A stretch of 64,000 nucleotides of DNA from Eledone cirrhosa (taxonomy: Eukaryota). Positions 39,929 to 52,800 of this stretch are shown piece after piece. Every line of letters starts with the position of its first letter. Position 1 is the first letter of the stretch. The stretch is taken from assembly GCA_964016885.1 (NCBI GenBank), contig OZ024741.1:131254001-131318000 (forward strand). Direction: 5' to 3'. A program made the translations under genes and the position numbers. Under the pieces are notes generated by a model, which was not told where the DNA came from, did not search any database, and saw only the letters and a list, made by a program, of their open reading frames with translations.

Positions 39929-40026
39929 TATCTGTGTCATCACACGTTTTTACATAATAAAAGTCTTGCAAAACAAATACAATCATGAAGAATGTTTAAA
40001 TATATATATAAAGAGAGAGAGACAGA

Positions 40027-40069
<43 letters not shown>

Positions 40070-40073
40070 CGAG

Positions 40074-40142
<69 letters not shown>

Positions 40143-40453
40143 TGATAGATAAACAAAATCCTTTGAATCGGACAAAATTACTCACAGTACTAATTTACGC
40201 CCTTATCCGTTTTGTGTTCAAATCTCTCCTATGGCGTAATGGTTAAACACACCTGCCCGTCGTATGAAAGATACCTGCTTCGGTTTTTCCTAAGCATTTG
40301 TGTCAACCTTTTCCTTCGCCAGGTGTACTTCACCCGATTTATTAAATTATTATTTATAGTTATCAAATATCATAATAGTTATATGCTATGGTGACTATAT
40401 TTTCAAATTTCATATTTCCTAACAAGCCTTGTATATATGTATATATATATATA

Positions 40454-40655
40454 TAGAAGTGGTTACGCAACAGTTAGTTCACCATACCGAGAACAATTGT
40501 TTCACCTTAGCGGATCCTCGAGCTGAGGATCCGCTAAGGTGAAACAATTGTTCTTGGTATGGTGAACTAACTGTTATGTAACCACTTCTACCTAACTCGT
40601 CCCATGGACTGAATGCTCTACCACTACGGATATTACCTTCCAGTGTTCTACCACT
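40454..40655 (+). mobile_element. Short palindromic pLTR-like element (66-bp arms 40454-40519 / 40525-40590 plus tail) with hammerhead
   Basis: CTGAGGA 40523-40529, cc-gctaa-gg, GAAA 40541-40544, palindromic ACAATTGT stem III, stem I cgag/cttg. Flanked by (TA)n. Confidence 0.75.
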
Positions 40656-40664
40656 ATATATATG

Positions 40665-40706
<42 letters not shown>

Positions 40707-40816
40707 TGTGTATGTATACCTATATATATATATATATATATATATATGTAGATATATATACATATATATAGATATATATATATTGGCTTTTTGCTACAAT
40801 ATTTTCTATACCTTTC

Positions 40817-40924
<108 letters not shown>

Positions 40925-41319
40925 ATATATATATCCCTATAAGTATACCTATCAATTAATTTAATTTCTTGTTATAGATCTAGATTCCTTGTGGTTTAAA
41001 TAAGATTAGTATCTCTCACTAATACCCTTACCCTAAAATTTTATTTTCCTTCGTTTTTAACATTATTCTTTAATAACATCAAATTTTCGTGTACCCTTCA
41101 CTGGCTTGACCTCTTTTCATCCCCAAAGTATTCTTTTTATTCAAAGTATTCTTTCCATTCAAAACATAAGTCTGCAGTCCTATACCCCTAAATTAAATTT
41201 CTACTACTACTATTCTGTCAACTTGACCATTTACTACTTTTCTATTGGTCAATTCAAAACCTGTTCCCAAACAAACCTTTTATATTAAATCTTTGTTGGT
41301 TTCTTTCAATAAACAAATC

Positions 41320-41455
41320 TCATCATTTCTGAAGACAGCATGTATATGTGAAGGTATGTATATTTCCTCTGATAATTTGTAATATTTTTACATAGATGTA
41401 TATGATATACATACCAACACACATATACATCCTAGAAACGATCGTAAAATGATGA
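41320..41455 (+). ncRNA. Type I hammerhead fold with about 99-nt stem II
   Basis: Stem I tcatcattt/aaatgatga (9 bp), CTGAAGA 41329-41335, helices atgtatatgtg/cacatatacat and ggtatgtatat/atatacatacc, GAAA 41435-41438, palindromic ACGATCGT, GUA triplet. Confidence 0.72.
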
Positions 41456-41504
41456 ATTTTTAATATAATGAACTTTTTCTTTCTTTTTATTCATTGTTTT
41501 TATT

Positions 41505-41505
41505 A

Positions 41506-41593
<88 letters not shown>

Positions 41594-41626
41594 CTATATA
41601 TATATAGTTATATATATATATATAGT

Positions 41627-41658
<32 letters not shown>

Positions 41659-41749
41659 TATATATATATATAGTTATATATATATATATATAGTTATATA
41701 TATATATATATAGTTATATATATATATATAGTTATATATATATATATAG

Positions 41750-41790
<41 letters not shown>
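41505..41790. repeat. (TA)n with periodic GT interruptions
   Basis: tatatatagttatata units. Confidence 0.9.
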
Positions 41791-42014
41791 AAAGAATAGA
41801 GGTGTAACACACAAGTTATTATATATTGGTAAACGGAATAGAAAATGCTGACAAATTGTTCACAGTTGAAAAATGGTTTAATTAGGAATAAAAGAGTATT
41901 AGTGATTGTATGGGTTAGTATTCAGTTGTGGTTTTAAGTTTTTAAGTTTTTACCGGTTGCGCATTTCTAAATGTTCGTTTTCTTTTATTTTTGTTTTGAC
42001 ATTTTTTTTTTAAA

Positions 42015-42725
42015 GACTGACGGAGCCCATCGCTCTCCAAGTCTGAACACATCAGAGAAGGATAGAAAGTGAGAGAGAGGAAGTGAGTACGAGATATAGA
42101 GAAAGAGTCGATCCCAGTGCTAGACTGATACTTTTTTTATCGATTCGATTTCGAAAGAATGAAAGGTAAATTTGATTTCGGTGGGATTTGAACTCAGAGA
42201 GCAGTGAGCCGGAATGAATACTGCAAAGCATTTTATCCGACGTTCTAACGACTCTACCAATTCACCGTCCTAACACCAATAATGATTTCTGATAAAGTAA
42301 CAAAGCTAGTTATTTTGAGTAGAGGAGGATATGAAAATAACATTAACATCAGTGCATGACTGATCCTTTTTTTCCACCTCGGAATGATGAAAGACAAAGT
42401 TGTTTTCTGAGGAATTTGAATTCAGAATTCATAGAGCCATAACTAAAAGCCTCAATTCATTGTGTCCAACATTCTAACAATTCTACCAAACCATCTTTTA
42501 CCACCATCTTAACAACAACAGTAGTAATTGTTTCCTCTTTTGGCACAAGAACCGCATCTTGAAAGGTAAGAGGAGCGTCGATTTTAACAACCCCAGCGCG
42601 TTACTGGTACTTTATTTTACCGACATCGTAAAGATGAAAGGCAAAGCTAACCTCATCGGAATTTGAACGCAGAACATAAAGTGTCGTAACTATATGTCGC
42701 AAGTATAGTTCTACCGATTCTGCCA
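42015..42725 (-). mobile_element. Three tandem SINE copies
   Basis: gatttgaactcaga, gaatttgaattcaga and gaatttgaacgcaga B-box complements with the shared body. Confidence 0.78.
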
Positions 42726-43054
42726 AACACCAACTACAATACGTTGGAACCTCAGTCGCTTCTGAATATGGGTTTCCTCTTTGTTTGAATAACGGAATAG
42801 TCTACTCCTATAATAAGCTGGCAAGTGGCTGAGATTTCCACAGACACGTGCACTCTTAACGTAGTTCTCAATGTGATTCGGTGTGAGTGACAACGTTGGC
42901 GCTTTGAAATACAATAAAACTCATTTTTGCCAGCCGATTGAAGTGGAGTAACATGAATAAAGTACTCAACGCACTGCCGAGTATCGAACACACGTCTTTA
43001 CGATCATGAGCCGAGCACTCTAACTATAAGCTATGTGCCTTCACATTTGTACTA

Positions 43055-43217
43055 TTGTTGTTGTTGTTGTTGTTGTCTTCGTCATTGTTAGTATTTTTGT
43101 GGTCTTCGTAATTGGCGTCGATGTCGTCATCATCATCTCTGTTGTTTCTGTTGCATTTGTTGTTGTTGACATCGTTTTTGTTGTTGCTGTTGCTGCTGTT
43201 GTTGTTGTTGTTATTGC

Positions 43218-43263
<46 letters not shown>

Positions 43264-43300
43264 GCTGCTGATGTTGCGGTTGTTGTTGCTGCTGCTGTTG
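43055..43300. repeat. (GTT)n-rich tract, the (AAC)n tail side of the adjacent element
   Basis: Direct reading. Confidence 0.85.
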
Positions 43301-43850
43301 TTTTTTTTTTTTACCGCAGGCGCCTGAGGATTACCCTCAGTAGCGCTAGACTGAGGTGTGGGAGACGCACGAGTTCATCCATGCTGGAGCCGAGTTGGTT
43401 GGTTTGGTGTTTGTGCGGATCTTTCCCTGGCATAGGTGGCATCGGAGATTTTGATCACTTGCTGGCGATAGATGCGTTGGCTCGACGGCTGTTCCCCCGG
43501 CAGAGACTGCAGACGAAGCTTTGATGACTCTTCTGTTGAACTCGAGTGAAGCCGCTACATTTCCTGTGGAAATCACGTCTGCAGGTCGTGCAGATGAATG
43601 GTGCGAAGTCACGGCGAATCGTCTTGGCACACCCTGGGCAGATGGGTCCGGGGTTGATCTCGATGTCGCCCGACAGGAGGAGGATTAACTGGAGTTACAG
43701 GGCGGGAGTTGCACCCCTGGTTGTAGAAAAACGGTGCGTCTCCCACGACGCAGTCTGGGTAGGATATGGTGCGAGTTCGTAAGTCGCCTGGAGGTGACCC
43801 CAACACAGCACAGCTCTGTAAGGTCTCGGTCCATATAAACGTGCTACCGC
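43301..43850 (-). mobile_element. Internally deleted Ingi-like non-LTR element with 2A-like peptide and PHD finger
   Basis: Minus frame 43694-43500 reads LQLILLLSGDIEINPGP then ICPGCAKTIRRDFAPFICTTCRRDFHRKCSGFTRVQQKSHQSFVCSLC. The 3' end reads LGSSMDELVRLPHLSLALLRVILRRLR-TAA, followed by poly(A) and (AAC)n. The 5' boundary is approximate. Confidence 0.75.
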
Positions 43851-43899
43851 CACTGTCACCACAAGAGTTATCGTCAATACCGCCGCCTCTGCTTCTGTT

Positions 43900-46800
43900 G
43901 TTGTCGTTGTCGTCGTTGTTGATGCTGTTGTTGTTGTTGCAGCTGCTGGTACTGTCGTTGTCATTATTGTTGTTGTTGCTGCCGTCGTTGTTATTGTTGT
44001 TATTGCCGTTGTTGTTGTCGTTGTCATTATTGTTGTTGTTGTTGCTGTCGTCATTGTTATTTTTGTTATTGCCGTTGTTGTCGTTGTCATTATTGTTGTT
44101 GTTGTTGCTGTCGTCGTTGTTATTGTTGTTGTTGTTGCTGTCGTCATTGTTATTGTTGTTATTGCCGTTGTTGTCGTTGTCATTATTGTTGCCGTTGTTG
44201 CTGTCGTCGTTGTTATTGTTGTTATTGCCGTTGTTGTCGTTGTCATTATTGTTGTTGTTGTTGCTGTCGTCATTGTTATTGTTGTTATTGCCGTTGTTGT
44301 CGTTGTCATTATTGTTGCCGTTGTTGCTGTCGTCGTTGTTATTGTTGTTATTGCCGTTGTTGTCGTTGTCATTATTGTTGTTGTTGTTGCTGTCGTCGTT
44401 GTTATTGTTGTTGTTGTTGCTGTCGTCGTTGTTATTGTTGTTATTGCCGTTGTTGTCGTTGTCATTATTGTTGTTGTTGTTGCTGTCGTCATTGTTATTG
44501 TTGTTATTGCCGTTGTTGTCGTTGTCATTATTGTTGTTGTTGCTGTCCTCATTGTTATTGTTGTTATTGCCGTTGTTGTCGTTGTCATTATTGTTGTTGT
44601 TGTTGCTGTCGTCATTGTTATTGTTGTTATTGCCGTTGTTGTCGTTGTCATTATTGTTGTTGTTGTTGTTGCTGTCGTCATTGTTATTGTTGTTATTGCC
44701 GTTGTTGTCGTTGTCATTATTGTTGTTGTTGCTGTCGTCGTTGTTATTGTTGTTATTGCCGTTGTTGTCGTTGTTATTATTGTTGTTGTTGCTTTCGTCG
44801 TTGTTATTGTTGTTATTGCCGCTGTTGTCGTTGTCATTATTGTTGTTGTTGCTTTCGTCGTTGTTATTGTTGTTACTGCCGTTGTTGTCGTTGTCATTAT
44901 TGTTGTTGTTGCTGTCGTCATTGTTATTGTTGTTATTGCCGTTGTTGTCGTTGTCATTATTGTTGTTGTTGCTGTCGTCATTGTTATTGTTGTTATTGCC
45001 GTTGTTGTCGTTGTCATTATTGTTGTCGTTGTTGCTGTCGTCATTGTTATTGTTGTTATTGCCGTTGTTGTCATTGTCATTATTGTTGTTGTTGCTTTCG
45101 TCGTTGTTATTGTTGTTACTGCCGTTGTTGTCGTTGTCATTATTGTTGTTGTTGCTGTCGTCATTGTTATTGTTGTTATTGCCGTTGTTGTCGTTGTCAT
45201 TATTGTTGTTGTTGCTGTCGTCATTGTTATCGTTGTTATTGCCGTTGTTGTCGTTGTCATTATTGTTGTTGTTGCTGTCGTCATTGTTATTGTTGTTATT
45301 GCCGTTGTTGTCGTTGTCATTATTGTTGTCGTTGTTGCTGTCGTCATTGTTATTGTTGTTATTGCCGTTGTTGTCGTTGTCATTATTGTTGTTGTTGCTG
45401 TCGTCGTTGTTATTGTTGTTATTGCCGTTGTTGTCGTTGTCATTATTGTTGTTGTTGTTGCTGTCGTCATTGTTATTGTTGTTATTGCCGTTGTTGTCGT
45501 TGTCATTATTGTTGTTGTTGCTGTCCTCATTGTTATTGTTGTTATTGCCGTTGTTGTCGTTGTCATTATTGTTGTTGTTGTTGCTGTCGTCGTTGTTATT
45601 GTTGTTATTGCCGTTGTTGTCGTTGTCATTATTGTTGTTGTTGCTGTCGTCGTTGTTATTGTTGTTATTGCCGTTGTTGTCGTTGTCATTATTGTTGTTG
45701 TTGTTGCTGTCGTCATTGTTATTCTTGTTATTGCCATTGTTGTCGTTGTCATTATTGTTGTTGTTGCTGTCATCATTGTTATTGTTGTTATTGCCGTTGT
45801 TGTCGTTGTCATTATTGTTGTTGTTGCTGTCCTCATTGTTATTGTTGTTATTGCCGTTGTTGTCGTTGTCATTATTGTTGTTGTTGTTGCTGTCGTCGTT
45901 GTTATTGTTGTTATTGCCGTTGTTGTCGTTGTCATTATTGTTGTTGTTGCTGTCGTCGTTGTTATTGTTGTTATTGCCGTTGTTGTCGTTGTTATTGTTG
46001 TTGTTGTTGTTGCTGTCGTCGTTGTTATTGTTGTTATTGCCGTTGTTGTCGTTGTCATTATTGTTGTTATTGCTGTCGTCGTTGTTATTGTTATTATTGC
46101 CGTTGTTGTCGTTGTCATTATTGTTGTTGTTGCTTTCGTCGTTGTTATTGTTGTTATTGCCGTTGTTGTCGTTGTCATTATTGTTGTCGTTGTTGCTGTC
46201 GTCATTGTTATTGTTGTTATTGCCGTTGTTGTCGTTGTCATTATTGTTGTCGTTGTTGCTGTCGTCATTGTTATTGTTGTTATTGCCGTTGTTGTCATTG
46301 TCATTATTGTTGTTGTTGCTTTCGTCGTTGTTATTGTTGTTACTGCCGTTGTTGTCGTTGTCATTATTGTTGTTGTTGCTGTCGTCATTGTTATTGTTGT
46401 TATTGCCGTTGTTGTCATTGTCATTATTGTTGTTGTTGCTTTCGTCGTTGTTATTGTTGTTATTGCCGTTGTTGTCATTGTCATTATTGTTGTTGTTGCT
46501 GTCGTCATTGTTATTGTTGTTATTGCCGTTGTTGTCGTTGTCATTATTGTTGTTGTTGCTGTCGTCATTGTTATTGTTGTTATTGCCGTTGTTGTCATTG
46601 TCATTATTGTTGTTGTTGCTGTCGTCATTGTTATTGTTGTTATTGCCGTTGTTGTCGTTGTCATTATTGTTGTTGTTGCTGTCGTCATTGTTATTGTTGT
46701 TATTGCCGTTGTTGTCGTTGTCATTATTGTTGTTGTTGCTGTCGTCATTGTTATTGTTGTTATTGCCGTTGTTGTCGTTGTCATTATTGTTGTTGTTGCT

Positions 46801-49800
46801 GTCGTCATTGTTATTGTTGTTATTGCCGTTGTTGTCGTTGTCATTATTGTTGTTGTTGCTGTCGTCATTGTTATTGTTGTTATTGCCGTTGTTGTCGTTG
46901 TCATTATTGTTGTTGTTGCTGTCGTCATTGTTATTGTTGTTATTGCCGTTGTTGTCGTTGTCATTATTGTTGTCGTTGTTGCTGTCGTCATTGTTATTGT
47001 TGTTATTGCCGTTGTTGTCGTTGTCATTATTGTTGTTGTTGCTTTCGTCGTTGTTATTGTTGTTACTGCCGTTGTTGTCGTTGTCATTATTGTTGTTGTT
47101 GCTGTCGTCATTGTTATTGTTGTTATTGCCGTTGTTGTCGTTGTCATTATTGTTGTTGTTGCTGTCGTCATTGTTATCGTTGTTATTGCCGTTGTTGTCG
47201 TTGTCATTATTGTTGTTGTTGCTGTCGTCATTGTTATTGTTGTTATTGCCGTTGTTGTCGTTGTCATTATTGTTGTCGTTGTTGCTGTCGTCATTGTTAT
47301 TGTTGTTATTGCCGTTGTTGTCATTGTCATTATTGTTGTTGTTGCTTTCGTCGTTGTTATTGTTGTTACTGCCGTTGTTGTCGTTGTCATTATTGTTGTT
47401 GTTGCTGTCGTCATTGTTATTGTTGTTATTGCCGTTGTTGTCGTTGTCATTATTGTTGTTGTTGCTGTCGTCATTGTTATCGTTGTTATTGCCGTTGTTG
47501 TCGTTGTCATTATTGTTGTTGTTGCTGTCGTCATTGTTATTGTTGTTATTGCCGTTGTTGTCGTTGTCATTATTGTTGTCGTTGTTGCTGTCGTCATTGT
47601 TATTGTTGTTATTGCCGTTGTTGTCGTTGTCATTATTGTTGTTGTTGCTGTCGTCGTTGTTATTGTTGTTATTGCCGTTGTTGTCGTTGTCATTATTGTT
47701 GTTGTTGTTGCTGTCGTCATTGTTATTGTTGTTATTGCCGTTGTTGTCGTTGTCATTATTGTTGTTGTTGCTGTCGTCGTTGTTATTGTTGTTATTGCCG
47801 TTGTTGTCGTTGTTATTATTGTTGTTGTTGCTGTCGTCGTTGTTATTGTTGTTATTGCCGTTGTTGTCGTTGTCATTAGTGTTGTTGTTGCTGTCGTCGT
47901 TGTTATTGTTGTTATTGCCGTTGTTTTCGTTGTCATTATTGTTGTTGTCGTTGTCATTATTGTTGTTGTTGTTATTGCCGTTGTTGTCGTTGTCATTATT
48001 GTTGTTGTTGTTATTGCCGTTGTTGTCGTTGTCATTATTGTTGTTGTTGCTGTCGTCGTTGTTATTGTTGTTATTGCCGTTGTTGTCGTTGTCATTATTG
48101 TTGTTGTTGCTTTCGTCGTTGTTATTGTTGTTATTGCCGTTGTTGTCGTTGTCATTATTGTTGTTGTTGCTGTCGTCATTGTTATTGTTGTTATTGCCGT
48201 TGTTGTCGTTGTCATTATTGTTGTCGTTGTTGCTGTCGTCATTGTTATTGTTGTTATTGCCGTTGTTGTCGTTGTCATTATTGTTGTCGTTGTTGCTGTC
48301 GTCGTTGTTATTGTTGTTATTGCCGTTGTTGTCGTTGTCATTATTGTTGTTGTTGCTGTCGTCATTGTTATTGTAGTTATTGCCGTTGTTGTCGTTGTTA
48401 TTGTTGTTGTTGTTGCTGCCGTCGTTGTTATTGTTGTTATTGCCGTTGTTGTCGTTGTCATTATTGTTGTTGTTGTTATTGCCGTTGTTGTCGTTGTCAT
48501 TATTGTTGTTGTTGCTGTCGTCGTTGTTATTGTTGTTATTGCCGTTGTTGTCGTTGTCATTATTGTTGTTGTTGTTATTGCCGTTGTTGTCGTTGTTATT
48601 GTTGTTGTTGTTGCTGCCGTCGTTGTTATTGTTGTTATTGCCGTTGTTGTCGTTGTCATTATTGTTGTTGTTGTTATTGCCGTTGTTGTCGTTGTCATTA
48701 TTGTTGTTGTTGCTGTCGTCGTTGTTATTGTTGTTATTGCCGTTGTTGTCGTTGTCATTATTGTTGTTGTTGCTTTCGTCGTTGTTATTGTTGTTATTGC
48801 CGTTGTTGTCGTTGTCATTATTGTTGTTGTTGCTGTCGTCATTGTTATTGTTGTTATTGCCGTTGTTGTCGTTGTCATTATTGTTGTCGTTGTTGCTGTC
48901 GTCATTGTTATTGTTGTTATTGCCGTTGTTGTCGTTGTCATTATTGTTGTCGTTGTTGCTGTCGTCATTGTTATTGTTGTTATTGCCGTTGTTGTCGTTG
49001 TCATTATTGTTGTCGTTGTTGCTGTCGTCGTTGTTATTGTTGTTATTGCCGTTGTTGTCGTTGTCATTATTGTTGTTGTTGCTGTCGTCATTGTTATTGT
49101 AGTTATTGCCGTTGTTGTCGTTGTTATTGTTGTTGTTGTTGCTGCCGTCGTTGTTATTGTTGTTATTGCCGTTGTTGTCGTTGTCATTATTGTTGTTGTT
49201 GCTGTCGTCGTTGTTATTGTTGTTATTGCCGTTGTTGTCGTTGTCATTATTGTTGTTGTTGCTGTCGTCGTTGTTATTGTTGTTATTGCCGTTGTTGTCG
49301 TTGTCATTAGTGTTGTTGTTGCTGTCGTCATTGTTATTGTTGTTATTGCCGTTGTTGTCGTTGTCATTATTGTTGTTGTTGTTGTCGTCATTGTTATTGT
49401 AGTTATTGCCGTTGTTGTCGTTGTTATTGCTGTTGTTGTTGCTGTCGTCATTGTTATTGTTGTTATTGCCGTTGTCGTCGTTGTCATTATTGTTGTTGTT
49501 GCTGTCGTCGTTGTTATTGTTGTTATTGCCGTTGTTGTCGTTGTCATTATTGTTGTTGTTGCTGTCGTCGTTGTTATTGTTGTTATTGCCGTTGTTGTCG
49601 TTGTTATTGTTGTTGTTGTTGCTGCCGTCGTTGTTATTGTTGTTATTGCCGTTGTTGTCGTTGTCATTATTGTTGTCGTTGTTACTGTCGTCGTTGTTAT
49701 TGTTGTTATTGCCGTTGTTGTCGTTGTCGTTATTGTTGTTGTTGCTGTCGTCGTTGTTATTGTTGTTATTGCCGTTGTTGTCGTTGTCATTATTGTTGTT

Positions 49801-52800
49801 GTTGCTGTCGTCATTGTTATTGTTGTTATTGACGTTGTTGTCGTTGTCATTATTGTTGTTGTTGCTTTCGTCGTTGTTATTGTTGTTACTGCCGTTGTTG
49901 TCGTTGTCATTATTGTTGTTGTTGCTGTCGTCATTGTTATTGTTGTTATTGCCGTTGTTGTCGTTGTCATTATTGTTGTTGTTGTTGCTGTCGTCGTTGT
50001 TATTGTTGTTGTTGTTGCTGTCGTCGTTGTTATTGTTGTTATTGCCGTTGTTGTCGTTTCATTATTGTTGTTGTTGTTGCTGTCGTCGTTGTTATTGTTG
50101 TTATTGCCGTTGTTGTTGTCATTATTGTTGTTGTTGCTGTCGTCGTTGTTATTGTTGTTATTGCCGTTGTTGTCGTTGTCATTATTGTTGTTGTTGTTGC
50201 TGTCGTCGTTGTTATTGTTGTTATTGCCGTTGTTGTCGTTGTCATTATTGTTGTTATTGCTGTCGTCGTTGTTATTGTTGTTATTGCCGTTGTTGTCGTT
50301 GTCATTATTGTTGTTGTTGCTGTCCTCATTGTTATTGTTGTTATTGCCGTTGTTGTCGTTGTCATTATTGTTGTTGTTGCTGTCGTCATTGTTATTGTTG
50401 TTATTGCCGTTGTTGTCGTTGTCATTATTGTTGTTGTTACTGTCGTCGTTGTTATTGTTGTTATTGCCGTTGTTGTCGTTGTCATTATTGTTGTTGTTAC
50501 TGTCGTCATTGTTATTGTTGTTATTGCCGTTGTTGTCGTTGTCATTATTGTTGTTGCTGCTGTCGTCGTTGTTATTGTTGTTATTGCCGTTGTTGTCGTT
50601 GTGATTATTGTTGTTGTTGTTGCTGTCGTCATTGTTATTGTTGTTATTGCCGTTGTTGTCGTTGTCATTATTGTTGTTGTTACTGTCGTCGTTGTTATTG
50701 TTGTTATTGCCGTTGTTGTCGTTGTCATTATTGATGTTGTTGTTGCTGTCGTCATTGTTATTGTTGTTATTGCCGTTGTTGTCGTTGTCATTATTGTTGT
50801 TGTTGCTGTCGTCGTTGTTATTGCCGTTGTTGTCATTGTCATTATTGTTGTTGTTGCTGTCGTCGTTGTTATTGTTGTTATTGCCGTTGTTGTCGTTGTC
50901 ATTATTGTTGTTGTTGCTGTCGTCGTTGTTATTGTTGTTATTGCCGTTGTTGTCATTGTCATTATTGTTATTGTTGCTTTCGTCGTTGTTATTGTTGTTA
51001 TTACCGTTGTTGTCGTTGTCATTAGTGTTGTTGTTGCTGTCGTCATTGTTATTGTTGTTATTGCCGTTGTTGTCGTTGTCATTATTGTTGTTGTTGCTTT
51101 CGTCGTTGTTATTGTTGTTACTGCCGTTGTTGTCGTTGTCATTATTGTTGTTGTTGCTGTCGTCATTGTTATTGTTGTTATTGCCGTTGTTGTCATTGTC
51201 ATTATTGTTGTTGTTGCTTTCGTCGTTGTTATTGTTGTTACTGGCGTTGTTGTCGTTGTCATTATTGTTGTTGTTGCTGTCGTCATTGTTATTGTTGTTA
51301 TTGCCGTTGTTGTCGTTGTCATTATTGTTGTCGTTGTTGCTGTCGTCGTTGTTATTGTTGTTATTGCCGTTGTTGTCGTTGTCATTATTGTTGTTGTTGT
51401 TGTTGCTGTCGTCATTGTTATTGTTGTTATTGCCGTTGTTGTCGTTGTCATTAGTGTTGTTGTTGCTGTCGTCGTTGTTATTGTTGTTATTGCCGTTGTT
51501 GTCGTTGTCATTATTGTTGTTGTTGCTGTCGTCGTTGTTATTGTTGTTATTACCGTTGTTGTCGTTGTCATTAGTGTTGTTGTTGCTGTCGTCATTGTTA
51601 TTGTTGTTATTGCCGTTGTTGTCGTTGTCATTATTGTTGTCGTTGTTGCTGTCGTCGTTGTTATTGTTGTTATTGCCGTTGTTGTCGTTGTCATTATTGT
51701 TGTTGTTGCTGTCGTCGTTGTTATTGTTGTTATTGCCGTTGTTGTCGTTGTTATTATTGTTGTTGTTGCTGTCGTCATTGTTATTGTTGTTATTGCCGTT
51801 GTTGTCGTTGTCATTATTGTTGTTGTTGTTGCTGTCGTCATTGTTATTGTAGTTATTGCCGTTGTTGTCGTTGTTATTGTTGTTGTTGTTGCTGCCGTCG
51901 TTGTTATTGTTGTTATTGCCGTTGTTGTCGTTGTCATTATTGTTGTTGTTGCTGTCGTCGTTGTTATTGTTGTTATTGCCGTTGTTGTCGTTGTCATTAT
52001 TGTTGTTGTTGCTTTAGTCGTTGTTATTGTTGTTACTGCCGTTGTTGTCGTTGTCATTAGTGTTGTTGTTGCTGTCGTCATTGTTATTGTTGTTATTGCC
52101 GTTGTTGTCGTTGTCATTATTGTTGTTGTTGCTTTCGTCGTTGTTATTGTTGTTGCTGCGGTTGTTGTCGTTGTCATTATTGTTGTTGTTGCTGTCGTCA
52201 TTGTTATTGTTGTTATTGCCGTTGTTGTCATTGTCATTATTGTTGTTGTTGCTTTCGTCGTTGTTATTGTTGTTACTGCCGTTGTTGTCGTTGTCATTAT
52301 TGTTGTTGTTGCTGTCGTCATTGTTATTGTTGTTATTGCCGTTGTTGTCGTTGTCATTATTGTTGTCGTTGTTGCTGTCGTCGTTGTTATTGTTGTTATT
52401 GCCGTTGTTGTCGTAGTCATTATTGTTGTTGTTGCTGTCGTCATTGTTATTGTAGTTATTGCCGTTGTTGTCGTTGTTATTGCTGTTGTTGTTGCTGTCG
52501 TCGTTGTTATTGATGTTATTGCCGTTGTTGTCGTTGTCATTATTGTTGTAGTTGCTGTCGTCGTTGTTATTGATGTTATTGCCGTTGTTGTCGTTGTCAT
52601 TATTGTTGTTGTTGTTGTCCTCATTGTTATTGTTGTTATTGCCGTTGTTGTCGTTGTCGTTATTGTTGATGTTGCTGTCATCATTGTTATTGTTGTTATT
52701 GCCGTTGTTGTCGTTGTCATTATTGTTGTTGTTGTTGTTGCTGTCGTCATTGTTATTGTTGTTATTGCCGTTGTTGTAGTTGTCATTATTGTTGTTGTTG

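Noticed and set aside
40226-40290. tRNA gene
   Set aside because: Only an A-box-like tggcgtaatgg. No cloverleaf or intact B-box, so probably a decayed SINE head.
43790-43850. HDV-like ribozyme at the 5' end of the 2A element
   Set aside because: I could not establish P1/P2/P3 pairing by eye.
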